A DNA stretch of 64,000 nt, from positions 1-64,000 of the forward strand of contig NIVC01001805.1 in NCBI GenBank assembly GCA_002269645.1, read 5' to 3'. The DNA comes from Macrostomum lignano. Lineage: Eukaryota. How positions within the stretch are numbered: position 1 is the first letter of the stretch; every line of letters begins with the position of its first letter. The notes under the pieces are model-generated. The model saw only the letters and a program-made list of their open reading frames with translations, was not told where the DNA came from and ran no database searches. Made by a program: the position numbers and the translations under genes. Below, piece after piece: positions 40,318 to 52,724 of the stretch.

Positions 40318-40775
40318 CTGGAAATCTAGGGTCTAGGAAATCTAGGGTCTAGGAAATCTAGGGTCTGGGAAATCTAGGGTCTGGGAAATCTAGAGTCTGG
40401 GAAATCTCGGGTCCGGGAAATCTCAGGTCCGGGAAATCTAGGGTCTAGGAAATCTAGGGTCTGGGAAATCTAGAGTCTGGGAAATCTCGGGTCCAAGAAA
40501 TCTCGGGTCCGGGAAATCTCAGGTCCGGGAAATCTAGGGTCTAGGAAATCTAGGGTCTTGGAAATCTAGGGTCTTGGAAATCTAGGGTCCGGGAAATCTA
40601 GGGTCTGGGAAATCTAGGGTCTGGGAAATCTAGGGTCTGGGAAATCTAGGGTCTGGGAAATCTAGGGTCTGGGAAATCTAGGGTCTGGGAAATCTAGGGT
40701 CTGGGAAATCTAGGGTCCGGGAAATCTCGGGTCTGGGAAATCTAGGGTCTGGGAAATCTAGGGTCCGGGAAATCT
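40318..40775. repeat. 16-bp GGGAAATCTAGGGTCT minisatellite
   Basis: About 28 copies between the EF-hand gene and NOX. Confidence 0.95.
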
Positions 40776-41401
40776 TTATAAAAAAATATTTACAAAACTT
40801 TTTTTAAATTGGCCGCGGGTCGACTTTGGCCTTGAATTGCGGCAGGGGCCGAGCCTTTCATGCAGCTGATAGTGATGTGCGAATCTCCTCTGTATCTATT
40901 GTTAATTTTTTAATCTCATACAATATAAGCCATTTAGTGAGTTTTGAATTTCTAATTTCAATTTCTGCTAACATTGTCTTTCCTAATCCAAAGCACACAA
41001 ATTACACAAATTATTATGCTAACAAAACAAACTACAATGCCATTCTTTCTTAACATGCCAATATTTTTATGTAATTTCTGTAGTTCAAGCTTAACTGTTC
41101 AGTATTTTCGTTATTGTTAAAGAGGCTGTTGGTTTCATTACATTTCATCAAACCATGCTTATCATGTAATCATTTCTTAGTGGTGGATTATTTTAGTGCG
41201 AAATACACGTGAAATTTTATAAATTTTAAACTAACGTTTCAACTGCTCACTGCTGTCGAAGCAAAAATATTCTTTATTGTCTTGGTCGTGAGTTTTTAAT
41301 CAGCTTGATATTACTAACAAATGCCTGATTCCCATATGATTTCTTTCTCGTCTCGTTAATTTTTCCAGCTTTCGAGACAGACCACATAGACACTTAATTG
41401 C

Positions 41402-41415
41402 GTCGCCATGGTAAC
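41402..41415 (+). promoter_or_regulatory. X-box overlapping NOX start codon (GTCGCCATGGTAAC)
   Basis: Matches GTNRCC-AT-RGYAAC exactly. The central GCCATGG is also a Kozak context. Confidence 0.4.
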
Positions 41416-44400
41416 CAAATTCGGCGCCATCCGTTGGTGTCACAATGAGGGACCGAGGACCCTTGTGCTGGTGAGCTGATTGGCCCTGATCCTGTCTGTC
41501 TGCATGGGCTTTTCAGAATTAAAATTTCTATTGCATATCAAGGTGTCTCTGACCTAATCACTCTCTAGTGTCTCTGACTTAGTCTATGGCTCTAGTGTCT
41601 GACCAAATCTGTCACTATGACCCAATTTGTCACTATGACCCAATCGGTCTATGGCTCTAGTATCTGACCAAATCTGTCACTATGACCCAATTTGTCACTA
41701 TGACCCAATCTGTCACTATGACCCAATCTGTCACTATGACCCAATCTGTCACTATGACCCAATCTGTCACTATGACCCAATCTGTCACTATGACCCAATC
41801 TGTCACTATGACCCAATCTGTCACTATGACCCAATCTGTCACTATGACCCAATCTGTCACTATGACCCAATCTGTCACTATGACCCAATCTGTCACTATG
41901 ACCCAATCTGTCACTATGACCCAATCTGTCACTATGACCCAATCTGTCACTATGACCCAATTTGTCACTAGTGTCCATGACCCAATGTGTCACTAGTGTC
42001 TATGGCCCAATGTTTCACTAGTGTCCATGACCCAATGTGTCACTAGTGTCTATGGCCGAATGTGTCATTAGTTTCTATGGCCCAATGTGTCATTGTTGTT
42101 TATGACCCAGCTTGTCACTAGTGTCTATGGCCCAATCTATTATATGTACGCTCGTAAAAATTTATGAATCGGTACCCAAACTACATGCGGAGATCTTAGA
42201 ACTCAAAGCATCTTTAAATTGGCTCAAGCCTTTAAGTTACCATTAATTTATATCATCTACACGCATCTGTTTAATTCCGAATTTTTTTAATAACGACAAT
42301 TTGTTAACAGATTATTTTACTACTGGTAAATGTGATCATCTTTGCTGTCACGCTGTCACATTACGAGCAATCTGACGCCGTCTATTACCATAGACTGATG
42401 CTGGGGGTGAGTTTTATTGGCTTATGGGCTCAGTTCGTTGCAGCTCACTAATTAAAGTTCTCAAATTTCGTAATGAATTTTCCTAGATTTAGTGATGGAA
42501 TTTTTCTAGATGTAGCGATGGAATTTTCCTAGATTGAGCGATGCAATTCTCCTAGATTGAGCGATGGAATTCTCCTAGATTGAGCGATGGAATTCTCCTA
42601 GATTGAGCGATGGAATTCTCCTAGATTGAGCGATGGAATTTTCCTAGATTGAGCGATGGAATTCTCCTAGATTGAGCGATGGAATTCTCCTAGATTGAGC
42701 GATGGAATTCTCCTAGATTGAGCGATGGAATTCTCCTAGATTGAGCGATGGAATTTTCCTAGATTTACTGATGGAATTTTCCTAGATTTAGCGATGGAAT
42801 TCTCCTAGATTGAGCGATGGAATTTTCCTAGATTGAGCGATGGAATTCTCCTAGATTGAGCGATGGAATTTTCCTAGATTGAGCGATGGAATTCTCCTAG
42901 ATTGAGCGATGGAATTCTCCTAGATTGAGCGATGGAATTTTCCTAGATTTACTGATGGAATTTTCCTAGATTTAGTGATGGAATTTTCCTAGATTTAGCG
43001 ATGGAATTCTCCTAGATTGAGCGATGGAATTCTCCTAGATTGAGCGATGGAATTTTCCTAGATTTACTGATGGAATTTTCCTAGATTGAGCGATGGAATT
43101 CTCCTAGATTGAGCGATGGAATTCTCCTAGATTGAGCGATGGAATTCTCCTAGATTGAGCGATGGAATTTTCCTAGATTGAGCGATGGAATTCTCCTAGA
43201 TTGAGCGATGGAATTCTCCTAGATTGAGCGATGGAATTCTCCTAGATTGAGCGATGGAATTTTCCTAGATTTACTGATGGAATTTTCCTAGATTTAGTGA
43301 TGGAATTTTCCTAGATTTAGCGATGGAATTCTCCTAGATTGAGCGATGGAATTCTCCTAGATTGAGCGATGGAATTTTCCTAGATTTACTGATGGAATTT
43401 TCCTAGATTGAGCGATGGAATTCTCCTAGATTGAGCGATGGAATTTTCCTAGATTGAGCGATGGAATTCTCCTAGATTGAGCGATGGAATTTTCCTAGAT
43501 TGAGCGATGGAATTCTCCTAGATTGAGCGATGGAATTCTCCTAGATTGAGCGATGGAATTTTCCTAGATTTACTGATGGAATTTTCCTAGATTTAGTGAT
43601 GGAATTTTCCTAGATTTAGCGATGGAATTTTCCTAGATTTACTGATGGAATTTTCCTAGATTTAGTGATGGAATTTTCCTAGATTGAGCGATGGAATTTT
43701 CCTAGATTGAGCGATGGAATTCTCCTAGATTGAGCGATGGAATTTTCCTAGATTTACTGATGGAATTTTCCTAGATTGAGCGATGGAATTCTCCTAGATT
43801 GAGCGATGGAATTTTCCTAGATTGAGCGATGGAATTCTCCTAGATTGAGCGATGGAATTTTCCTAGATTGAGCGATGGAATTCTCCTAGATTGAGCGATG
43901 GAATTCTCCTAGATTGAGCGATGGAATTTCCCTAGATTTACTGATGGAATTTTCCTTGATTTAGTGATGGAGTTTTCCTAGATTTAGTGATGGAATTTTA
44001 CTAGATTTAGTGATGGAATTTTACTAGATTTAGTGATGGAATTTTCCTTGATTTAGTGATGGAATTTTCCTAGATTTAGTGATGGAATTTTACTAGATTT
44101 AGTGATGGAGTTTTCCTAGATTGAGTGATGGAATTTTCCTAGATTTAGTGATGGAATTTTCCTAGATTTAGTGATGGAGTTTTCCTAGATTTAGTGATGG
44201 AATTTTCCTAGATTGAGTGATGGAATTCTCCTAGATTTAGTGATGGAATTTTCCTAAATTTATTAATGGAATTTTCCTAGATTGAGCGATGGAATTTTAC
44301 TAGATTTATTATTGGAATTCTCATAGATTTAGTGATGGAATTTTCCTAGATTTAGTGATGGAATTTTCTTAGATTTAGCGATGGAATTTTCTTAGATTTA

Positions 44401-45473
44401 GCGATGGAATTTTCTTAGATTTAGCGATGGAATTTTCTTAGATTTAGCGATGGAATTTTCTTAGATTTAGCGATGGAATTTTCTTAGATTTAGCGATGGA
44501 ATCTTCCTAGATTTAGCGATGGAATCTTCCTAGATTTAGCGAAGGATTTTTTTAAATTAATAATTAAATTTTCCTAGATTTTGCACTGGAATTTTCCTAG
44601 TTTTGAGCTGGCGAGGGAAGTTTCCAAAGTCAAGTCATGGAGTTTTCCGTGATTTTTGCTGCAATATTCCGCTATTTCTTCCTTGCTGTTTTTTTCCTTC
44701 AGCACAGCCTGGCCTTCGCCAGAGCCTCGGCCGCCTGCTTAAACTTCAACTGCGCCCTTGTTGCGTTGCCGGTGTGCAGAAATCTGCTGCATTTCCTGCG
44801 GTACCTGTGCGTTAATAAGCGGGTGAGTTGCTGCGGCTGTTGATTGGTGAGCGAGGATTGAGTGAGTGAGTGAGTGAGTGAGTGAGTGAGTGAGTGAGTG
44901 AATGAGTGTGGGTGAGTGAGTGAGTGAGTGAATGAGTGTGGGTGAGTGAGTGAGTGAGTGAGTGAGTGAGTGAGTGAGTGAGTGAGTGAGTGAGTGAGTG
45001 AGTGAGTGAGTGAGTGAGTGAGTGAGTGAGTGAGTGAGTGAGTGAGTGAGTGAGTGAGTGAGTGAGTGAGTGAGTGAGTGAATGAGTGTGGGTGAGTGAG
45101 TGAGTGAGTGAATGAGTGTGGGTGAGTGAGTGAGTGAGTGAGTGAGTGAGTGAGTGTGGGTGAGTGAGTGAGTGAGTGAGTGAGTGAGTGAGTGAGTGAG
45201 TGAGTGAGTGAGTGTGTGTGTGTGTGTGTGTGTTTGTGTGTGAGTGAGTGAGTGAGTGAGTTAGTGAGTGAGTGAGTGAGTGAGTGAGTGAGTGAGTGAG
45301 TGAGTGAGTGAGTGAGTGAGTGAGTGAGTGAGTGAGTGAGTGAGTGAGTGAGTGAGTGAGTGAGTGAGTGAGTGAGTGAGTGAGTGAGTGAGTGAGTGAG
45401 TGAGTGAGTGAGTGAGTGAGTGAGTGAGTGAGTGAGTGAGTGACTGACTGAGTGAGTGAGAGTGAGTGCGTGA

Positions 45474-45510
<37 letters not shown>

Positions 45511-45595
45511 TGTGTGAGTGAGTGAGTGAGTGAGTGAGTGAGTGAGTGAGTGAGTGAGTGAGTGAGTGAGTGAGTGAGTGAGAGTGAGTGCGTGA

Positions 45596-45638
<43 letters not shown>

Positions 45639-48600
45639 TGTGTGAGTGAGTGAGTGAGTGAGTGAGTGAGTGAGTGAGTGAGTGAGTGAGTGAGTGAGTG
45701 AGTGAGTGAGTGAGTGAGTGAGTGAGTGAGTGAGTGAGTGAGTGAGTGAGTGAGTGAGTGAGTGAGTGAGTGAGTGACTGACTGAGTGAGTGAGAGTGAG
45801 TGCGTGAGTGAGTGAGTGAGTAAATCGAGAGCAGCAGCAGTTCATACAGTTTTTGAGGCCCCGCAAAATCCCCCGCTGCGCCCCTCACCCGTGCCGCGCC
45901 AGCTGTGCAAGCGCAACGTCCGCCGCCTCATCGATGACAACATCAGCCTCCACCGCGCGCTGGCCTGGCTCATCTGCTTTCACGCCGCTTTGCACGCCGC
46001 CTCCCACTACCTCAACATCGAGCGGTTCGTCCACGCCTTCGACCTGCCCGCCGGCGGCAACTCGAGCGCGGGCGGCAGCCTGCTGCGGACTCTGTCCCTG
46101 CTGCCCGGCCACCGGGGAATCAACCCGGTGCAGCGGGCCGGCGCCGACCCGCTGGTGGAGGCGGCCGTCCTGCTGCCCGGCTGGACCGGCCTGCTGCTGC
46201 TCTGCCTGCTGGTGGCCATCGTGGCGTCGGCGGCTACCGCGGTCAAGCGGGCCAGGTTCGAGACCTTCTGGTACACGCACAAGCTCTTCTTCTTGTTCTA
46301 CCTGCTGCTGCTGGTGCACGGGATGGCGTGAGTCGCTTCGGGGACTCGAGGACTCGTTGGCTTGCTGGACTTGCACTCGGATTTCTTTATCTCCCTTCCC
46401 TTATCTCCCTGCATCTCCCTTCCCTTGTCTCCCTGCATCTCCCTTCCCTTGTCTCCCTGCATCTCCCTTCCATTGTCTCCCTGCATCTCCCCTTCCTTTG
46501 TCTCCCTGCATCTCCCCTTCCTTTGTCTCCTGAATCTTCCCTTCCATCCCTTTACTTTATCTTCCTTCGCTCCCCCTTCGTTTCCCTCCCTTCGTTTCCC
46601 TCCCTTCGTTTCCCTCCCTTCGTTTCCCTCCCTTCGTTTCCCTCCCTTCGTTTCCCTCCCCTCATTTCCCTCCCTTCGTTTCCCTCCCTTCGTTTCCCTC
46701 CCTTCGTTTCCCTCCCTTCGTTTCCCTCCCCTCATTTCCCTCCCTTTGTTTCCCTCCCTTCGTTTCCCTCCCCTCATTTCCCTCCCTTCGTTTCCCTCCC
46801 TTCGTTTCCCTCCCCTCATTTCCCTCCCTTTGTTTCCCTCCCTTCGTTTCCCTCCCCTCATTTCCCTCCCTTCGTTTCCCTCCCTTCGTTTCCCTCCCCT
46901 CTTTTTCACTCCCTTCGTTTCCCTCTCCACGGTTCCCTCCCTTCGTTTCCCTCCCTTCGTTTCCCTCCCTTCGTTTCCCTCACTTCGTTTCCCTCCCTTC
47001 CTTTTTACTCCCATCGCCGCATCCCTTCATTTCCTTTTCATTCCTCTCAGTCCTTTTTTCTACCCCACCTTCATCTCCCCTCAATGCCTCTCCCCTTCAC
47101 ACCCTTGTCCTCATCTGCTCCCTCCCCCTTTCCAATTATCCTGCTCTCTTCATCCTTAATCGTCTCCATCACGGCCTTCCTTTCTCAGCTGCTGTGAGTC
47201 TCCGCTGTGCCAAATGTCTTCACCTCCACCCCGAACCCGCAGAGGCGTTGTCCGTCCCCAGTCCAACCTGGCCGCCCACAAGCCGGCCGCCTGCGCCAGC
47301 AAATTCCAGCTGTGGGGCAGCGGCTCCCTGCCGGAGTGTCCGGTGCCCACCTTCAGCTTTGCCGGCTCCACGGTTGGTTCTGCCATTGCTTTGGGGCTGA
47401 GATCCGGGATTCTGCGACTGAGACTAGAGATTCTGCGACTGAGACTAGAGATTCTGCGACTGAGACTAGAGATTCTGCGACTGAGACAAGAGATTCTGAG
47501 ATTGGAGACTAGAGATTCTGGGATTGGAGACTAGAGATTCTGGGATTGGAGACTAGAGATTCTGGGATTGGAGACTAGAGATTCAGCGATCGGAGACTAG
47601 AGATTCTAGGATTGGAGACTAGAGATTCTGGGATTTGAGACTAGAGATTCTGCGATTGGAGACTAGAGATTCTGCGATTGGAGACTAGAGATTCTGGGAT
47701 TGGAGACTAGAGATTCTGGGATTGGAGACTAGAGATTCTAGGATTGGAGACTAGAGATTCAGCGATTGGAGACTAGAGATTCAGCGATTGGAGACTAGAG
47801 ATTCAGCGATTAGAGACTAGAGATTCTGGGATTGGAGACTAGAGATTCTGGGATTGGAGACTAGAGATTCTGGGATCGGAGACTAGAGATTCTATCATTG
47901 GAGACTAGAGATTCTATTATCGGAGAGACGATACCCCAATATTAGATTGACTTGAGTCCGAGCTGCCGTGTAGGCTAAACATGATGAAGGGTGAACACCC
48001 AGCCTCCCTATTCCCATCCCACTGCCTCGCCAGACGTGGATGTGGCTGGTGGCTCCGGCTGCCATCTACGCCATCGAGAAGCTGCTCCGAGTGTCTCGCC
48101 GTTGTCGCCGAGTGGAGGTGGTCCGCGCTGTCCAGCATCCCTCCCGAGTGATGGAGCTGCGCCTTCGTTGCCCCGGGTTCGCCGCCTCGCCAGGCGAGTA
48201 CGTCTTCCTGCTGGTGCCGGAGGCCTCCCAGCTGCAGTGGCACCCGTTCACCCTCACCTCGGTGCGCTCTCTGCTGATACTCAAGTTTTTCCATTTACAT
48301 GCGATTTTCTAGTACGTGATTGAAATTTTATTACTGCCAATTTCAGTAGTGTATTCTTCTTGCTCGTATTAGTGAACATTTGTGAAAAAGTTTGTACACC
48401 CTGAAAGTACATCCTACACAATAAAAAGGCAAGGACCACTAGAAGTTACCGTTGTATCAGGACGCAACACTCGTAAATATTGCAAAATTATTTGAAGGCC
48501 CGCTTGTTTACGTGAAACTTTATTCATTTTGTATGCAATGAAATATTGTGTATTGCCGTTACTTTACTGTACGCCCGCCGCTCCTACATGTAGATAGCGC

Positions 48601-51600
48601 CAAACTTTGCATCATGTTAAAGAAAACAAAATTTTGAGCAACCTGGCGAAAAAAATATCTTTTTAAGTGCAACCAGTCCGGAGTTATGAGCATTTAAAGT
48701 TTAGCTGCAATGCAAACAAGCGGGCCTTCAAATAATTTTGCAATATTTACGAGTGTTGCGTCCTGATACAACGGTAACTTCTAGTGGTCCTTGTAAAAAG
48801 GCAGTACAACTCAATCATTCAAAAACAGTACTTTGTTTTAGAGTGCAGCCTATACTGTACAGCCTGTACATTAAGCCATGTACTGTTTGCACCTCTAACA
48901 GGTGCACAGTGCACCTTTGACTGTACACCCTGCACTGTACACCCTGCATTTTACACCTTGTACTGTACAACCTACACTGTACAACCTGCACTGTACAATC
49001 TGCACTGTACAATCTGCACTGTACACCCTGCATTTTACACCTTGTACTGTACAATCTGCACTGTACAACCTGCACTGTACACCTTGCATTGTACACCGTG
49101 TACTGTACAACCTACACTGTACAATCTGCACTGTACAATCTGCACTGTACAATCTGCACTGTACACCCTGCATTGTACACCTTGTACTGTACAACCTGCA
49201 CTGTACAACCTACACTGTACAATCTGCACTGTACACCCTGCATTGTACACCTTGTACTGTACAACCTGCACTGTACACCCTGCACTGTACACTGTACCTT
49301 AGACAGTAAATGACTGAAAAGCATGAACTCACTGTAGTTGTTAAGCAAGCTAGAAAGCAGATTTACCTGAACTTCAGAGTGTAGCCGGTGCATTCATTGA
49401 GAGGTAACTGGGGAATCTTCAACCATCGCAGGCCCCAGACGATCCGTACATCTCCGTCCACATTCGCACCGTGGGCGACTGGACCAAGCAAGTGGAGCAG
49501 CTGTACTCACAGTGCTACGGCAAAGGCGACCTCACCACAGGCGAGCGTGACCTGCTGCCGAGGTGAGTCACGTTTCTTAGAATTGTTCACGATACGAGCG
49601 TATTAAGCCCAAAGAACGGTTTGTATTTATAAGGAATGCAAAGTAAATCAGATTTTGCCATAGAAATCCGAAGGCACCGTTGAAAATTCGAACCATCTTC
49701 AACGCTGTCTGTGTCGCCAAGTAGTGCATTCTTGTCATATATTATTTTCCAAGTCTCACCTTATTGCTTGATTTATTTCAGAATCTACTTGGATGGACCG
49801 TACGGCACGGCGTCTGATGTGAGTCCTCTGAGTAGCTACATAGCATTGCTGTGCCTTTATGTCGAAGTCCATCCTTCCCGGTACGAATTGCTGCAGAAAG
49901 CATTTCCATATGATTGGTCCTCACCTCAACCCTCCTAAAACATTCGTTCGTCTACTCTCTGAAGCCTCATCCCCATTGGTCCGCCTACCCTCTGAAGCCT
50001 CATCTCCATTGGTCCGCCTACCCTCTGAAGCCTCCCCATCGGTCCGCCTACCCTCTCAAGCCTCCCCATCGGTCCGCCTACCCTCTCAAGCCTCCCCATC
50101 GGTCCGCCTACCCTCTCAAGCCTCCCCATCGGTCCGACAACCCTTTGAAGCCTCCCCATCAGTCCGCCAACCCTCTGAAGCCTCCCCATCGGTCCGCCTA
50201 CCTTCTCAATTCTCCCCATTGGTCCGCCTACCCCCTCAAGCCTCCCCATTGGTTCACATCATCCCTCAAGCCTCCCCATTGGTTCACATCATCCCTCAAG
50301 CCTCCCCATTGGTTCAAATCATCCCTCAAGCCTCCCCATTGGTTCAAATCATCCCTCAAGCCTCCCCATTGGTTCAAATCATCCCTCAAGCCTCCCCATT
50401 GGTTCAAATCATCCCTCAAGCCTTCCCATTGGTTCAAATCATCCCTCAAGCCTCCCCATTGGTTCAAATCATCCCTCAAGCCTCCCCATTGGTTCACATC
50501 ATCCCTCAAGCCTCCACATTGGTTCACATCATCCCTCAAGCCTCCCCATTGGTTCAAATCATCCCTCAAGCCTCCCCATTGGTTCAAATCATCCCTCAAG
50601 CCTCCCCATTGGTTCACATCATCCCTCAAGCCTCCCCATTGGTTCAAATCATCCCTCAAGCCTCCACATTGGTTCACATCATCCCTCAAGCCTCCCCATT
50701 GGTTCAAATCATCCCTCAAGCCTCCCCATTGGTTCAAATCATCCCTCAAGCCTCCCCATTGGTTCACATCATCCCTCAAGCCTCCCCATTGGTTCAAATC
50801 ATCCCTCAAGCCTCCCCATTGGTTCACATCATCCCTCAAGCCTCCCCATTGGTTCACATCATCCCTCAAGCCTCCCCATTGGTTCAAATCATCCCTCAAG
50901 CCTCCCCATTGGTTCACATCATCCCTCAAGCCTCCCCATTGGTTCAAATCATCCCTCAAGCCTCCCCATTGGTTCAAATCATCCCTCAAGCCTCCCCATT
51001 GGTTCACATCATCCCTCAAGCCTCCCCATTGGTTCACATCATCCCTCAAGCCTCCCCATTGGTTCACATCATCCCTCAAGCCTCCCCATTGGTTCACATC
51101 ATCCCTCAAGCCTCCCCATTGGTTCAAATCATCCCTCAAGCCTCCCCATTGGTTCAAATCATCCCTCAAGCCTCCCCATTGGTTCAAATCATCCCTCAAG
51201 CCTCCCCATTGGTTCAAATCATCCCTCAAGCCTCCTCATTGGTTCATATCATCCCTCAAGCCTCCCCATTGGTTCAAATCATCCCTCAAGCCTCCCCATT
51301 GGTTCACATCATCCCTCAAGCCTCCCAGATATTCCGCCTACCACATCAAGCCGTCCCTTTGATTCCTTATTGGTCGGCTAACTCTGCACTTTTTTATCCG
51401 GGCAGGAAAATTCCGTCTCCTCTTCCCTCCGCAGGGCGTCACCCAGTACTCGGTCTCGGTGCTGATTGGCTGCGGCATCGGCGTCACCCCCTTCGCCTCC
51501 GTGCTGCGCGATGTGTGGCACCAGGCCGGCAAGACGCGCTCCCTGCGCAAGCTGAAGCGCCTCTACTTCTACTGGATCTGCCCCGACTGCCGCGCGTTCG

Positions 51601-52120
51601 AGTGGTTCGCCGCCTTGCTGCAGGATCTCGAGCGCGACCTTCAGCGAATGGATGGCGATGACTACGCCCAGCTGCTAGACATCCGGGTGCACCTTACGGG
51701 CAGCGTGGAGACTCGCCAAGCCCGCGAGATCGCCAGTCGGGAGGGCGACGAGGCTGACTGTCTGACGGGGCTGCGGACCCGGACGCACTACGGGCGGCCG
51801 AACTGGGACCTAGAGCTTCGGAACCTGGCGGCCAAGCACCCGGAGTGAGCGCTGCTTCATTTTTTATCATAGACTCTTTAGGCAATAAAATTCGCTGCTT
51901 GCCTACTTAAGGCAGTAGACTATCTAGCATTTTCACCAATGTTTGTTACTTGTCTGCATAATATGGTTTGATTTTCAAATTTATATTTTTCGTTTCCAGC
52001 ACGTCTATAGGGATTTTCTTCTGCGGACCGGGTCAGCTGGCCAAGGATCTGAACGGCAGGTGCAATGAGTTCAGCAACAGCACGAGCTCTGTGTTCTACT
52101 TCAACAAGGAGAATTTTTAA
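41408..52120 (+). CDS. NOX: NADPH oxidase catalytic subunit, NOX1-4/gp91phox type (no EF hands), about 586 aa, intact
   Basis: Exons 41408-41470, 42311-42406, 44703-44822, 45903-46327, 47243-47372, 48034-48261, 49432-49562, 49782-49818, 51435-51844, 52000-52120 (1761 nt, all phases consistent). Motifs: [16 protein letters not shown], heme His pairs ([16 protein letters not shown]; [17 protein letters not shown]), [54 protein letters not shown], terminal FNKENF*. Confidence 0.96.
41560..42135. repeat. 18-bp TGACCCAATCTGTCACTA minisatellite
   Basis: NOX intron 1. Confidence 0.95.
42470..44600. repeat. 23-bp GATGGAATT(C/T)TCCTAGATT(G/T)AGC minisatellite, ~2.1 kb
   Basis: About 90 copies with variant units, NOX intron 2. 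Confidence 0.97.
44858..45820. repeat. (GAGT)n / (GT)n compound microsatellite
   Basis: NOX intron 3, with internal block duplications. Confidence 0.98.
46385..47050. repeat. Pyrimidine-rich TTTCCCTCCCTTCG-type repeats
   Basis: NOX intron 4. Confidence 0.9.
47405..47925. repeat. 22-bp GACTAGAGATTCTGGGATTGGA minisatellite
   Basis: NOX intron 5. Confidence 0.95.
48430..48793. mobile_element. 364-bp MITE with 80-bp perfect TIRs and 8-bp TSD (P or hAT superfamily)
   Basis: 48430-48509 (CAAGGACCACTAGAAGTTACC...GCTTGTTT) is the exact reverse complement of 48714-48793. TAAAAAGG is duplicated at 48422-48429 and 48794-48801. Located in NOX intron 6. Confidence 0.93.
48905..49300. repeat. CTGTACA-based degenerate repeat
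   Basis: NOX intron 6, just downstream of the MITE. Confidence 0.9.
49955..51325. repeat. 30-bp CCATTGGTTCA(C/A)ATCATCCCTCAAGCCTCC minisatellite
   Basis: About 45 units including a 5' variant, NOX intron 8. Confidence 0.97.
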
Positions 52121-52724
52121 TTAGTAATTTGTGTGACCGACTTTCGCGATTCCTCGTCACACACTGAACAGTGCAATGGCCCGGCTCCACTTGCTGTTTT
52201 AACTCGCTGATTTTTAACTACAGATCTGGATTTGACTGAGTTAAATTTAATTTTTAATATGCGTCTGTTGAAACATTACTATGTACTCATAATTGTAGGA
52301 TAAAGGACAAGCTAACTTTCTTGTGGCCAATCTGTATCATGATAAAGTTAAAATAAATAACAAGTCAAGTATACGAGTAGATGGGTTGGATTGTCTATGG
52401 CAGAAGGTCCCACCACTGCTCAACCTTTCTTCGGACGCAGTTAAGTAAGTAAAACCAATTCAGAGGTCAGAGCAAAATGTTGAACTTTTTAAATCTTTAT
52501 CTGCCTCTCGTCTGTCAGCGCTATTCGAAGTACTCGAACTGACTGAATTCAGCAGGCTGGATCGCCGACCACTCCAGAGCAGGTTGGGGTCGCTGTGTGC
52601 GATTCATTGATTTCAAATCCATCACTTTGAAAGCAGGTGTAGCTGCATGCACACTGATTATTGACCTTCCCTCCCAATCTCCGATCTCATTGTCTCTCGT
52701 CTCCCAACTCCCCTTCTCCCCAGA

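Noticed and set aside
47190-47194. 5-nt micro-exon TTTCTCAG|CTGCT|GTGAGT in NOX intron 4
   Set aside because: Inclusion would frameshift; exons 4 and 5 already join in frame.
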